Source: a virus (taxonomy: Duplodnaviria; Caudoviricetes). Taken from it: a stretch of DNA of 27,307 bases. Below the pieces are notes generated by a model. The model worked only from the letters and a program-made list of their open reading frames with translations. It had not been told where the DNA came from and made no database searches. The stretch's first letter is position 1; each line of letters starts with the position of its first letter. Positions 1 to 8,312 of the stretch are shown piece by piece. The position numbers and the translations under genes are program-made. The DNA lies in IMG/VR virus record IMGVR_UViG_3300044708_000098, positions 1-27,307 of that record. One strand, given 5' to 3'.

Positions 1-183
1 AATGGGCGCGGCTTCGGTGAGGGCAAAGTTCCAGTTCGCGCGGTTGTTGAAGTGCTGGAGTCCGGCAAACAGCGAACGTCCGGCGCGGGTCGTCATCTCC
101 GCATCGCCGGACGCGCCGACCGTGTCTGCGATCTCTTGGCAGGCGGCGCTAACCGCTTTCGTCGAGGGCTGGAACAGGCTCAT
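1..183 (-). CDS. Putative head-tail adaptor / tail tubular protein A-like (3' truncated by window edge)
   Basis: Not in the ORF track. ATG at 183 with GGAG upstream; MSLFQPSTKAVSAACQEIADTVGASGDAEMTTRAGRSLFAGLQHFNNRANWNFAL... The helical N-terminus and W-N-F-A motif resemble podovirus adaptors, and it lies downstream of the capsid. Confidence 0.55.
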   Translation of the reverse strand, partial: MSLFQPSTKAVSAACQEIADTVGASGDAEMTTRAGRSLFAGLQHFNNRANWNFALTEAAPI

Positions 184-1513
184 CCGTGACTCCGTTCTCC
201 GATTCCTGCTCGGCGCGGTCAGCGGCTTCGATCTCGGCCCATTCGGGCTCGCCGACGTGCGGCTGCTCGATGGTCCGCTCCTCGCGCAAGCGCTCCCATG
301 ACTCGATGATGCTCGGCACCACCTTCATCGCGTCCCGGTTCTCCGACACCCAATCCTTCGCGTTCGCTGCCAACTGCTTCCTGAACGTCACGTCCTCGAT
401 GAGCCGGGACAGCTTCTCCTCGAACTCGTCGGGGTTGTTGAACAGCAGGGCGGTCTCGCCGTCCACGATCTCGGCACGGTAGGCGGCGGTGTTCTGCGCC
501 AGCGTCGCAGCGGGCTTGTGGAGCACCGAGGACTCGTAGAACTTGATCGCGCTCCGGCAGCAGTTGAACACGTTGTCCGACAGCGGTGCGAGCGAGATGT
601 CGTGCCCGATCATGCACAGGCGCAGCTTGTACTCCTGGTACGGGCACCAGTCCTGGAACGTGTAGCGGTGCGGCGGGATCAACTCGTTGACCCACGGGAA
701 CTGTGCCCCCCAGATGACCCAATGAACCTGCGGGTACTTCTGGGTGATACGCCCCAACTGCTCGCGCAGTGGATACCAGTCCTCGTAGTGGGCAATACCC
801 CCCTGCCAGAGAATCTTGACCTGGTCGGGGTTCTCAGCGAGATGGACCTGCGGGTAGTGGTCGAAACGCACGAGGTTCGGGAACACCCGCGTTCTGCGGG
901 GCGTGACCTCCTTGCGAACGGCTGCTTCGACTTCCGGCGTGGAACACTGGACCTGGTCCGCCATCTCCAAGAGCGTGCGGTAGCTGGCGATGGACTGGCG
1001 GTTCTTGGCGAGGTTGATCGGCCGTGCGGTGTCGCGACGCTCGGGGCGGCTGCCGTTCATCAACGAGGTGTCGTACCACAGCACCTTGCGTTCGCCGTCT
1101 TGGACCACGCCGATCTCATGCCCGAGCGGAATCGTGGTGCCGTTCATGTCCCGCACACCGAGACTTTTGAATGCCTGGTTCAGCGGGGAGACGTTGAACA
1201 GGTTGTCGTCCGTCTCGATCACGAAGCTCGGTGCCCACTTCCAGTCTCCGTCCCGCTTCGAAGGCAGGAAGCCCTGCACGCCGCGCACGTTGTTGATCGC
1301 GGTGTCCCCGAGCGGTTGGTAGAGCAGGATGATGTCCGACTCGCAGAACTGCGACACGCGCTCTTCGGCACTGGTGCCGGCGTCGTGGCGGTCGATCACG
1401 GATTGGATCGGCAGCCCGAGTGTCGCGGCTGTCTCCAGTACCACCTCGGCACGGTAGTACTGCGAGGCCGTGTGAGAATAGGGCACGAGGGTGTACACCT
1501 TGAGTGGCTTCAC
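149..1513 (-). CDS. Glycosyltransferase, GT-B fold (GT4-like)
   Basis: Motifs YYRA, IETDDNLF, CSTPE, FPNLV, ILWQGG..H..DW, DISLAPLSDNVFN..RSAIKFYE, IVDGETALL and a C-terminal helix typical of phage GT4-like enzymes. GTG start overlaps the upstream stop. Confidence 0.88.
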   Translation of the reverse strand: MKPLKVYTLVPYSHTASQYYRAEVVLETAATLGLPIQSVIDRHDAGTSAEERVSQFCESDIILLYQPLGDTAINNVRGVQGFLPSKRDGDWKWAPSFVIETDDNLFNVSPLNQAFKSLGVRDMNGTTIPLGHEIGVVQDGERKVLWYDTSLMNGSRPERRDTARPINLAKNRQSIASYRTLLEMADQVQCSTPEVEAAVRKEVTPRRTRVFPNLVRFDHYPQVHLAENPDQVKILWQGGIAHYEDWYPLREQLGRITQKYPQVHWVIWGAQFPWVNELIPPHRYTFQDWCPYQEYKLRLCMIGHDISLAPLSDNVFNCCRSAIKFYESSVLHKPAATLAQNTAAYRAEIVDGETALLFNNPDEFEEKLSRLIEDVTFRKQLAANAKDWVSENRDAMKVVPSIIESWERLREERTIEQPHVGEPEWAEIEAADRAEQESENGVTDEPVPALDESG

Positions 1514-1878
1514 ACGGCCTTCCCATCCACGAAGGTCATCGTTCCCTTCGGGGCAACGGTGTGGCTCCGGATGTCGTAGGTGCAGTACCGCTTGTTACGC
1601 CGGAGCCAGGCGTAGAACTTCTTCTTGTCCTGCATGAACTCGTGGTCCAGCACGGTCCGGACCGCCGCGAACAGCGGCACGTTCACGAACGATGCGATGC
1701 GCCGGAAACCCTGCCCCCGGTGCAGCGAGCCGTCGTCCTGAGCGCGCAGGTCAGCGATGGCGTCGAAGCGCGGACCGTAGTACTCCGGAGCCGCCTTCAA
1801 AAGCATGTCCGGGTTCAGCACCTCGTCCACCGCCGTCTCCGGCTTCGAGATGAAGAAACTACCGTTCGGCTCGCTCAC
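1510..1878 (-). CDS. Hypothetical protein (small protein type often seen downstream of DUF5309 capsids)
   Basis: GTG at 1878 overlaps the upstream TGA. C-terminal RIASFVNVPL...DKKKFYAWLRRN pattern. Confidence 0.65.
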   Translation of the reverse strand: MSEPNGSFFISKPETAVDEVLNPDMLLKAAPEYYGPRFDAIADLRAQDDGSLHRGQGFRRIASFVNVPLFAAVRTVLDHEFMQDKKKFYAWLRRNKRYCTYDIRSHTVAPKGTMTFVDGKAV

Positions 1879-2177
1879 TCGTAACCACCCGTGTTGAACG
1901 CCTTTTCGCCGCCGAGCTTGCCGATGTAGTTCTTGTCGATGTCCTGCTGGCAAATGTCGCTGGAGCCCTCCGGGATCGTGCCCCCCGTGGGCATGAAGTC
2001 CGGCGTCGCCTGCTGGTAGTGATCGCGCCTGAACTCCTGTGCCTGGAAATGGACCGTGCTGGGGACCGCACCCGAAGTCTCGGTCCGGAGTACCGGCTGT
2101 GCATTGCCAGAAGACGGCACCGGAGGGCTTGCGCTCTCGCGGTTCCCGCTCGGCCCGCCCGTGAACGTGACGCCCAT
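1875..2177 (-). CDS. Hypothetical G/P/S/T-rich protein (100 aa)
   Basis: ATG at 2177 preceded by GGAGG; MGVTFTGGPSG... Confidence 0.7.
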   Translation of the reverse strand: MGVTFTGGPSGNRESASPPVPSSGNAQPVLRTETSGAVPSTVHFQAQEFRRDHYQQATPDFMPTGGTIPEGSSDICQQDIDKNYIGKLGGEKAFNTGGYE

Positions 2178-2187
2178 GACGTACCTC

Positions 2188-2469
2188 CTACTCCTGTGGT
2201 GGTGTACCCGCACCGGAGTCGAGCCCCGGCGTTTCTCCTGAGATGTCCGATCCCGCCGAACCGCCGCGAATCGGCCCCGCACCCGATGGGCCGTCATTGC
2301 GCTCTCCCGAGTGAGAGAGCGTTCCCGGAAGCTGTGGTGAGTACTCCGGCCCCGCAATCACACCAACGTCCGGAGCACCCTTGAACACGGTGCCTTCCCC
2401 TTTCGCCATGATGCTATCGGTCGAAAAGGTCTCGGTTTGCGTCCACTTGGGGTTCAGGTTCGGGCTCAT
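2188..2469 (-). CDS. Hypothetical G/P/S-rich protein (93 aa)
   Basis: ATGA overlap with the upstream gene; fills the gap exactly. Confidence 0.7.
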   Translation of the reverse strand: MSPNLNPKWTQTETFSTDSIMAKGEGTVFKGAPDVGVIAGPEYSPQLPGTLSHSGERNDGPSGAGPIRGGSAGSDISGETPGLDSGAGTPPQE

Positions 2470-2756
2470 GTCTGCCCCGCGAACGGATCGGCATTGGCCG
2501 TGCGCCGCGCCGTGTTCTCTCGGTCCGTGTCCGGGTACGAGAACTTCACCGTGCCAGTCTCCAGCGTCGGCAACCCGCGCTCATCGGGCCACGAGTCGGG
2601 AGTACCGTCCGGGAGCGTGCCGACAGGGCGGCCCGGCAGGTTTCCCTGGTCCTTGTCGAAGTTGGCAATGCTCTCGCCCGTGCCCTGAATCACGGTTGGG
2701 TCCCACCCGCGAGTCTTTGAGGCCGCGATCAAACCACGGCTTTGGTTTCCCGCCAT
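2466..2756 (-). CDS. Hypothetical protein (96 aa), possible minor virion protein
   Basis: ATG at 2756 preceded by AAAGGAG; MAGNQSRG...; first gene after the capsid. Confidence 0.72.
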   Translation of the reverse strand: MAGNQSRGLIAASKTRGWDPTVIQGTGESIANFDKDQGNLPGRPVGTLPDGTPDSWPDERGLPTLETGTVKFSYPDTDRENTARRTANADPFAGQT

Positions 2757-2771
2757 TGCTGGCTCCTTTCT

Positions 2772-2839
2772 TTGAGAGGGTGCTGTTGACTCCGAGGCTC
2801 CCCACGAAGACCGTGACCCCGGCCCAGCACCCTCCCCAA
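2772..2839 (-). other. Long irregular RNA hairpin after the capsid stop
   Basis: Perfect inverted repeat GAGGGTGCTG (2776-2785) / CAGCACCCTC (2825-2834), with nested stems using G-U pairs on the minus strand. No U-tract. Confidence 0.6.
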
Positions 2840-2851
2840 GATTACCGCGTA

Positions 2852-3808
2852 CTAACCGTTGGTGACGCCCGTCATGGCTGCCCAAGAACTTGGGTGCGCC
2901 AGTTCCAGCGTGCACTCCATGAGCACGATGCCGCGCGTGTGATCGCCGCCCTTACCCATCGCCTTGTGCTGAGGCGGCCGGAAGAACGCGATCTTCGCCA
3001 TACTGCGGTCGCCGATGTAGTAGGCACCGGAGGCCGAGTTCGTGCTGATCGGGATGAACCGATCCGTGATGACCGCGTACAACTGGTTGAACGGCGTCTC
3101 GAACACGTCGATATTCGCCACGAGACGCTGGTCGGTCGCCGCGATGTTGCGCACGTTGCCCGAGCCAGACGAGACGGTGGCGTTCACGAACTGCCGCTTC
3201 GAAGCCGGTGCGAACCAGATCGAGTCAGGCTCCGCGCCGTTCTCGAACAACGTCTGCGACAGCGTGACAATGTCCGCCGTTGTGACGCCGCCCGAGGCCG
3301 AGCTCGAAGTCGTGATGCCGAAACCACGGAACCCTGCCATGAGCGGAGCCGTACCGGCCTCGGCGCCCGTTGCGGAACCCGTGGACGAGATCGCCCACAG
3401 ACGAGCCTCGCAGTTGCGGGCGATGACCTTGAACTCCTTCATCACCTGGTGCTCGTACATGTCCGCGATGCCCGCCGGGTTCGACGCCCGCTCGCGGTCC
3501 GACACGCCAACGTGACGCGAGAAAATCTGCGTACCGTTCACGAGCCGGGTGGGTCCGGTCAGCGTGTCACCGCCGAAGTCAGCGGCTTCGATGACACCTG
3601 CCGTGGCCGTCGCTGCGAGCGTGTCGATGGTCCATGAGTGGACCACGTCCGTGGCGCGCTTCTTCGGCGAGGAACTGAACATCGGCGTCTGGAACGAGTC
3701 GAGGATGGTCACAACATCGGCCAAATCCTCGTGGTGAACTCCAGTCCCGGAGGGCCAGAAGCCCGCATCGAAAGTGGAGAACACACCTGAAAGCACACTA
3801 CCTGGCAT
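2852..3808 (-). CDS. Major capsid protein, DUF5309 / SU10-type
   Basis: Signature EDLADVVTILDSFQTPMFS...ATDVVHSWTIDTL, NGTQIF, FETPF and KGGDHTRG..LMECTLE; follows the scaffold gene. Confidence 0.92.
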   Translation of the reverse strand: MPGSVLSGVFSTFDAGFWPSGTGVHHEDLADVVTILDSFQTPMFSSSPKKRATDVVHSWTIDTLAATATAGVIEAADFGGDTLTGPTRLVNGTQIFSRHVGVSDRERASNPAGIADMYEHQVMKEFKVIARNCEARLWAISSTGSATGAEAGTAPLMAGFRGFGITTSSSASGGVTTADIVTLSQTLFENGAEPDSIWFAPASKRQFVNATVSSGSGNVRNIAATDQRLVANIDVFETPFNQLYAVITDRFIPISTNSASGAYYIGDRSMAKIAFFRPPQHKAMGKGGDHTRGIVLMECTLELAHPSSWAAMTGVTNG

Positions 3809-3833
3809 TTCCGTATGCCTCCTGGATCAGTCC

Positions 3834-4565
3834 CTAAAGCTCTTGCCCCATCGCTCGGAACTGGTCCTTGAGTAGAGGTCCGAGCCGTGCCTTGGCATAG
3901 GCCGCTGCGTCCCGACTGGAGCCGGTCTTGTTGAAGCGTTCGAACGCTTCCTGGACCTGCGCGTCAGCAGTCGGAGCCCTGCGGCCATCGCCAGCACGGC
4001 TACCGGGAATCTGTGCGTCCGCCACTCCATTGCGAGTCTCGCCCTCAGGCGGGCCTCCGGAACGACGACGCGAGTCGCTGAACCGCAGAAGCGCATATTC
4101 CATCGCCGCGTACGGATCGGCCGCGTACAGCGCGGGATACCGCTGCGAGAGGTCGGGGTCCGTATTGATGAACTGCGCCACATCGGTCTCAAACTGAACG
4201 TATCCCGGATGCTTCGCCACGATCTGCCCCCGCGCTTCGATGCCGCGAGAAAGCGGCTGAAACGCCTTCTGGATGCTCTGCTGGACAACCTCTTCGAGAG
4301 CATCGACCGGGATACCGAAGTCGGTGAGCCGGTCCTGCGCGCTGGTAGCTCGACGGTCTGGCACGTTTTGGCGACCGTTCGGGACGCCTCCGTTCTGGAC
4401 CACCTGAGCCAGCACAGACTCGTACTTCCCGACCTGCTCGCGGAGGCGCTTCGCCTCCTCACCACTGGATCGGTAGCCCTGTACCAGGGCCTCCACCGAA
4501 GGGTATCCGGCGAGATCGGGATTGAGTGGAGCCTGCTGCGTTTGGGTTGGATCGTTGTCGGGCAT
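3834..4565 (-). CDS. Putative capsid scaffolding protein
   Basis: Helical, low-complexity protein with YPSVEALVQGY motif, directly upstream of the capsid gene. Confidence 0.72.
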   Translation of the reverse strand: MPDNDPTQTQQAPLNPDLAGYPSVEALVQGYRSSGEEAKRLREQVGKYESVLAQVVQNGGVPNGRQNVPDRRATSAQDRLTDFGIPVDALEEVVQQSIQKAFQPLSRGIEARGQIVAKHPGYVQFETDVAQFINTDPDLSQRYPALYAADPYAAMEYALLRFSDSRRRSGGPPEGETRNGVADAQIPGSRAGDGRRAPTADAQVQEAFERFNKTGSSRDAAAYAKARLGPLLKDQFRAMGQEL

Positions 4566-4583
4566 TGCGGGATTCCTTTCCGG

Positions 4584-4901
4584 CTAGCGGTTCGCGCCAG
4601 CGGTTGTTCCGTTCGAGTCCTGACGGTCGAGTTCGTCGCGCCGTCTGTTTTGATCCGCCACCGCGACTTCGTTCAACCACGAGTAGATCATCCACTCACA
4701 GTCTCGGATAATCGCCCGTAGCACGTCGTCGTCGGTGTCGAAATCCTGCCCCGCGAACTGGCTCGTGCGTTCGGCCCGGCTCAGTACCAGGGCTTTTGTT
4801 GCCTGCCGGGATCGGTTCTCGATCCGGGGTCGCATCACATTGTTCCATCCACCCAACGAGAGTACAAGCTTAACCTGTTGCACTTCCTCGTCGTTGAGCA
4901 T
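4584..4901 (-). CDS. Small helical protein between portal and scaffold
   Basis: 105 aa in a conserved position for podovirus head modules. Confidence 0.7.
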   Translation of the reverse strand: MLNDEEVQQVKLVLSLGGWNNVMRPRIENRSRQATKALVLSRAERTSQFAGQDFDTDDDVLRAIIRDCEWMIYSWLNEVAVADQNRRRDELDRQDSNGTTAGANR

Positions 4902-4907
4902 GGTGGC

Positions 4908-6851
4908 CTACTGGAGCGCGGCGAGACTGCCCGCGTTCCCGCTCTGCATCAGTTGTCCCAAAATCTCAGGGCTCAGTTGCTCCAGCGGAGTGGATACGGC
5001 GCCGGCCGCCATCTCGGGAGAAATCCCGGCCCCGGCCGCCATCGCGTTCACCCCCGGTACCTGCTGGACAAGAAGGTCGTTCACGTTCTTGAAATCGAAC
5101 AGTTCGAACGCCTGCCGCGCGAAGTTGCCCCAGTTGACCAGTTGCAGGAGCGCCGGATTGGCCGACATCATCTGGAGCAGGGCGACCAAGTTCTGCTGGC
5201 GCACGCTGCGGCCCATCATCTGCGACGCTCCCACCGCACGCGCCCGGTAGTCCGGAACCAAGTCGTCGTAGTCCACCGTCGAGTTCTCGGGTGCGTAAGG
5301 CATCCCCGTGACGGGATCGGTGGTGGCGAGGCTACCGAGGATTTTTACCTCGTGCGGCATTTGCAGCCACATCCGGTCCATGCGCCGGAAGGCGTTCGCC
5401 AGGGGTTCGATGAACCCCTCCTCGGCGAGCCGGGACTCCATCGCCAAGCGGGTGAGGGCATTTTCCTGCCGGCCGAGGAACCCACGAGCCGTTTCGCGGT
5501 TGCCTCCGCCACCCCCACCCGATAGGCCCAGGAGACTCTCCGTCTCGCCTGTGCCCAACTGCATGAACCCGAATTGAGCCCCAATCTCGCCGGGGACCAG
5601 GTTCACGCCGTTCATGTTCGGGACCAGCGCGCGCAGATTCGATTCGTCCGCTGCGCCGTCCACGAGGATGATCCGCCCCGCCCGGGTGAACAAGTGCTGC
5701 GTGTTCAGGTTCGCCCCGGAATTGGCAACGTACATCGGGTCAATCAGGTGGTCCAGTGCATCCAACCTCTGATTTACCAACCTATTAGCGGTCTGCTGCG
5801 GGCCGTAGGCGATTTCGGTCTTGGCGACCCCGTCGAAGCTATAGGGGTCCGGCATCGGGGAGTAGGACACGAACGGGAGTTCGTTGGTCCCCATTGCGCC
5901 CTCGCGGTTCTTCAAGACGACCCTGCCGTTGCCAACCGCAATGCATCGGAACCGGATGCCATCGGGAGCGAACTCGCGCGGAACGAGGCCGTGCATCTCC
6001 CATATTTCCACAGGTTTAGCAAAGCGCTCGTTGGCGCGAGCTTGGTAGTCGTACTCGTTCCGGAACCGCACCTGCCGCTGCGAGAACTCCTGCGACATGT
6101 TGCCGCTCATCGGGTTATGCCGCAGCCGTAGCACAGCCTCGCGGTCGAAATAGGGTCTCGGGCCGACCGAGTCCTCCAGCAGATCGTCCAAGTCGGCGTA
6201 GTAGCGATGGATACACCACGCCATGTCCTGAATACGGTTGCGGGCGGGCTGCTGCCAGAAATCGAGCCGGTCCACCGGCTCCCACACCGGACCGTCAAAC
6301 ATGGTCGCGTCGTACTCATGGACCACCGGGACGGAGTAGCCGGGGGCGATCTGCTCCATTTTCCGCATCCGGTTCCGGCGGGTGATGTTCTTCCAGCCGT
6401 AGCGGGCGACCCCGGTGCCGCAGATGTCGGCTTGCAGGAAGAAGTCCACCGCCCGCATAACCGAGTCGCAGTCCTTCATTTGCGCCGAAATCAAGACTTC
6501 GTTTTTCTTGGCGCGAGGAGCGTCCTCGGGGGCGTAGCCTTCGAAGCTAACAATGGGCCAGGAGCCGAAGGAGGTTTGCACCTTGCGGGCCACGTCGGAC
6601 TGGATCATGGCGAACGTGAACGGGATGGTCACGTTGTTGCGGAACTGGGCCAGCCGGCCGGTCCAGACCCCACGGTAGGCGTCGTACCAGCGCTGGAGTT
6701 TGCCGAACACGACGCTGTTATGGCGCAGGGAGGCTTGGCGGCGGGCGTCCACCAAGTCGATGATACGGGCCTCAGAGACGCCCGTGGCGGGCGCCCGGTC
6801 GCTGGCGCCTGGTCTCCCTACCGAGGGGTTCGAAGTGGTCGCTACGGCCAT
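4908..6851 (-). CDS. Portal protein (P22/SU10-like)
   Basis: 647 aa with WYDAYRG, ICGTGVARYGW, VEIWEMHG, LPFVSY..MPDPYSFDG and ETARG motifs and a Q/A-rich tail; lies between terminase and scaffold. Confidence 0.92.
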   Translation of the reverse strand: MAVATTSNPSVGRPGASDRAPATGVSEARIIDLVDARRQASLRHNSVVFGKLQRWYDAYRGVWTGRLAQFRNNVTIPFTFAMIQSDVARKVQTSFGSWPIVSFEGYAPEDAPRAKKNEVLISAQMKDCDSVMRAVDFFLQADICGTGVARYGWKNITRRNRMRKMEQIAPGYSVPVVHEYDATMFDGPVWEPVDRLDFWQQPARNRIQDMAWCIHRYYADLDDLLEDSVGPRPYFDREAVLRLRHNPMSGNMSQEFSQRQVRFRNEYDYQARANERFAKPVEIWEMHGLVPREFAPDGIRFRCIAVGNGRVVLKNREGAMGTNELPFVSYSPMPDPYSFDGVAKTEIAYGPQQTANRLVNQRLDALDHLIDPMYVANSGANLNTQHLFTRAGRIILVDGAADESNLRALVPNMNGVNLVPGEIGAQFGFMQLGTGETESLLGLSGGGGGGNRETARGFLGRQENALTRLAMESRLAEEGFIEPLANAFRRMDRMWLQMPHEVKILGSLATTDPVTGMPYAPENSTVDYDDLVPDYRARAVGASQMMGRSVRQQNLVALLQMMSANPALLQLVNWGNFARQAFELFDFKNVNDLLVQQVPGVNAMAAGAGISPEMAAGAVSTPLEQLSPEILGQLMQSGNAGSLAALQ

Positions 6852-6876
6852 CCTTGGAAGCCTCCGAACGCGTAAG

Positions 6877-7737
6877 CTACGTCGTTGCGGGCTCGGCGTC
6901 TACAGACTTCTGAACCAGCCACTTGTCTCGGAACGTCGGCCAGGACTTGCGAAGCTCGATTTCCGTGTCGTTGATGCTGTTTGGAGAAAGGTTGTTCCAA
7001 ATCACCTTGGGGGCGTCGTTGGCGATCTTGTCGTGGACCCGGATCGATGGGACTTTCAAGAGGCCAGCGAGCACGACGGGTGCCGATCCGCACGCAATCA
7101 TGGCGCGCGAGGCCGCGATGTAGCCCGCCAGCTTGGCAAAGTCCCCGGCGTCGTCGTAGGCGTGCCAGTTGGGATAGGTCCGCAGCCCCACCTCGCGGTC
7201 CCGCTCAACCCCCACGAACACGATCTCGTCGAACATGCGCTCTAACTCGCCCCGGATGCCGGCGAGGAACTTCCAGAAGGTCGGGCTGTTCTTGGTGTGC
7301 GCGTAGCACGCCTGCCCGTGGAGCACGAGCCGGTTGTACTTGGCGGGCACCGGCACCACGAGGCTCGGCTCGTTGGCGAGGTCTTCCACGCTGACCTTGA
7401 CCGGGACCTTCGAGACTTGCAGGCACTCCAGCGTGAGTTGCCGCGCGGGGAAGGCTCTCAGACCCAGGTGGTAGACCTTGTGCCCTTCGAACGCTGAGGT
7501 CGGGAGGTTCATGTGGAAGGGCTGGCCACCGCAGTTGTAGTTCTCGACCCCGCCCAAGAGCTTCACGGACTCGACGCACGGCTGCGACTCGAACAACGGG
7601 ACCAGCGGCTTGCAGGTCTTCTCGTCGAGCCACATCTCGCACTTCTGTCCCGACTGCTTTGCCCAATGATAGGCAATGGGCCATTGCATAAGAGCATCGC
7701 CGAGCTTTCCTGGGCAAGTCATCACCACTGTGCTCAT
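6877..7737 (-). CDS. Glycosyltransferase family 9 (heptosyltransferase-like)
   Basis: N-terminal PGKLGDALM (GT9 xGD motif). C-terminal LAGYIAASRAMIACGSAPVVLAGLLKVPSI resembles the GT9 'DSGPMHLA' region. Confidence 0.75.
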   Translation of the reverse strand: MSTVVMTCPGKLGDALMQWPIAYHWAKQSGQKCEMWLDEKTCKPLVPLFESQPCVESVKLLGGVENYNCGGQPFHMNLPTSAFEGHKVYHLGLRAFPARQLTLECLQVSKVPVKVSVEDLANEPSLVVPVPAKYNRLVLHGQACYAHTKNSPTFWKFLAGIRGELERMFDEIVFVGVERDREVGLRTYPNWHAYDDAGDFAKLAGYIAASRAMIACGSAPVVLAGLLKVPSIRVHDKIANDAPKVIWNNLSPNSINDTEIELRKSWPTFRDKWLVQKSVDAEPATT

Positions 7738-8312
7738 TGGTCACCCCTAAGAAGATATCGGTTGTCATCCGATCCACTCCCGACTTGGCGATATCCGAGC
7801 TTAAAGAAAGATTCCAGCCGTCCGTCCGTGTCCTTCTCGATAACGACCGCCTTCGGATTCCACCGCGCGATATCGAATCCCTCGATGATCTGTCGTTCTA
7901 TTCCGTCTACGTCCAGAGATAGCACATCCAGCCGGGGGAATCCGACGATCTCAAGGCACTGGTCCAACGTCAGAACTGTAGTTGGAAACAAATCTGGGTC
8001 TTGCGAATCTTCAAAACTGGTCCAGGTGTCCCTAAAAACCTTAGGATGTTCGCGCATGTACCGACGCGCGCTAGGCTGACTGTCACAGGCACAGGTCAGA
8101 ACCAGTTTACGGTTCTTCCTTAGAGCCTCCTGATGGCGCGGGTTGGGCTCGATGCACAAACAGGTCCACCCACGGTCTTCCAGAAGCTTTGTGTTGGAGA
8201 TGTAGACGCCATCCAGGGCACCCAGCTCGCAGGCATACCCATGGAAATCTTCGGGGAACTGCCCGAGCAACCAAGAGTCCTCGTCGCCCCCGGCATAGTT
8301 AAGCTTTGTCAC
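7734..8312 (-). CDS. FkbM-family SAM-dependent methyltransferase
   Basis: ELGALDGVYISNT, GWTCLCIEPNP, LDVLSLDVDGIE, PKAVVIE. Start moved to GTG 8312 (GGAG upstream). Confidence 0.85.
   Translation of the reverse strand: MTKLNYAGGDEDSWLLGQFPEDFHGYACELGALDGVYISNTKLLEDRGWTCLCIEPNPRHQEALRKNRKLVLTCACDSQPSARRYMREHPKVFRDTWTSFEDSQDPDLFPTTVLTLDQCLEIVGFPRLDVLSLDVDGIERQIIEGFDIARWNPKAVVIEKDTDGRLESFFKLGYRQVGSGSDDNRYLLRGDQ

Noticed and set aside
2757-2950. Possible T7 10A/10B-style -1 frameshift fusing the capsid to the next ORF (the -1 frame is open across the capsid stop, with a hairpin downstream)
   Set aside because: No X-XXY-YYZ slippery heptamer in the overlap, the downstream gene has its own strong RBS, and open alternative frames are common at this GC content.
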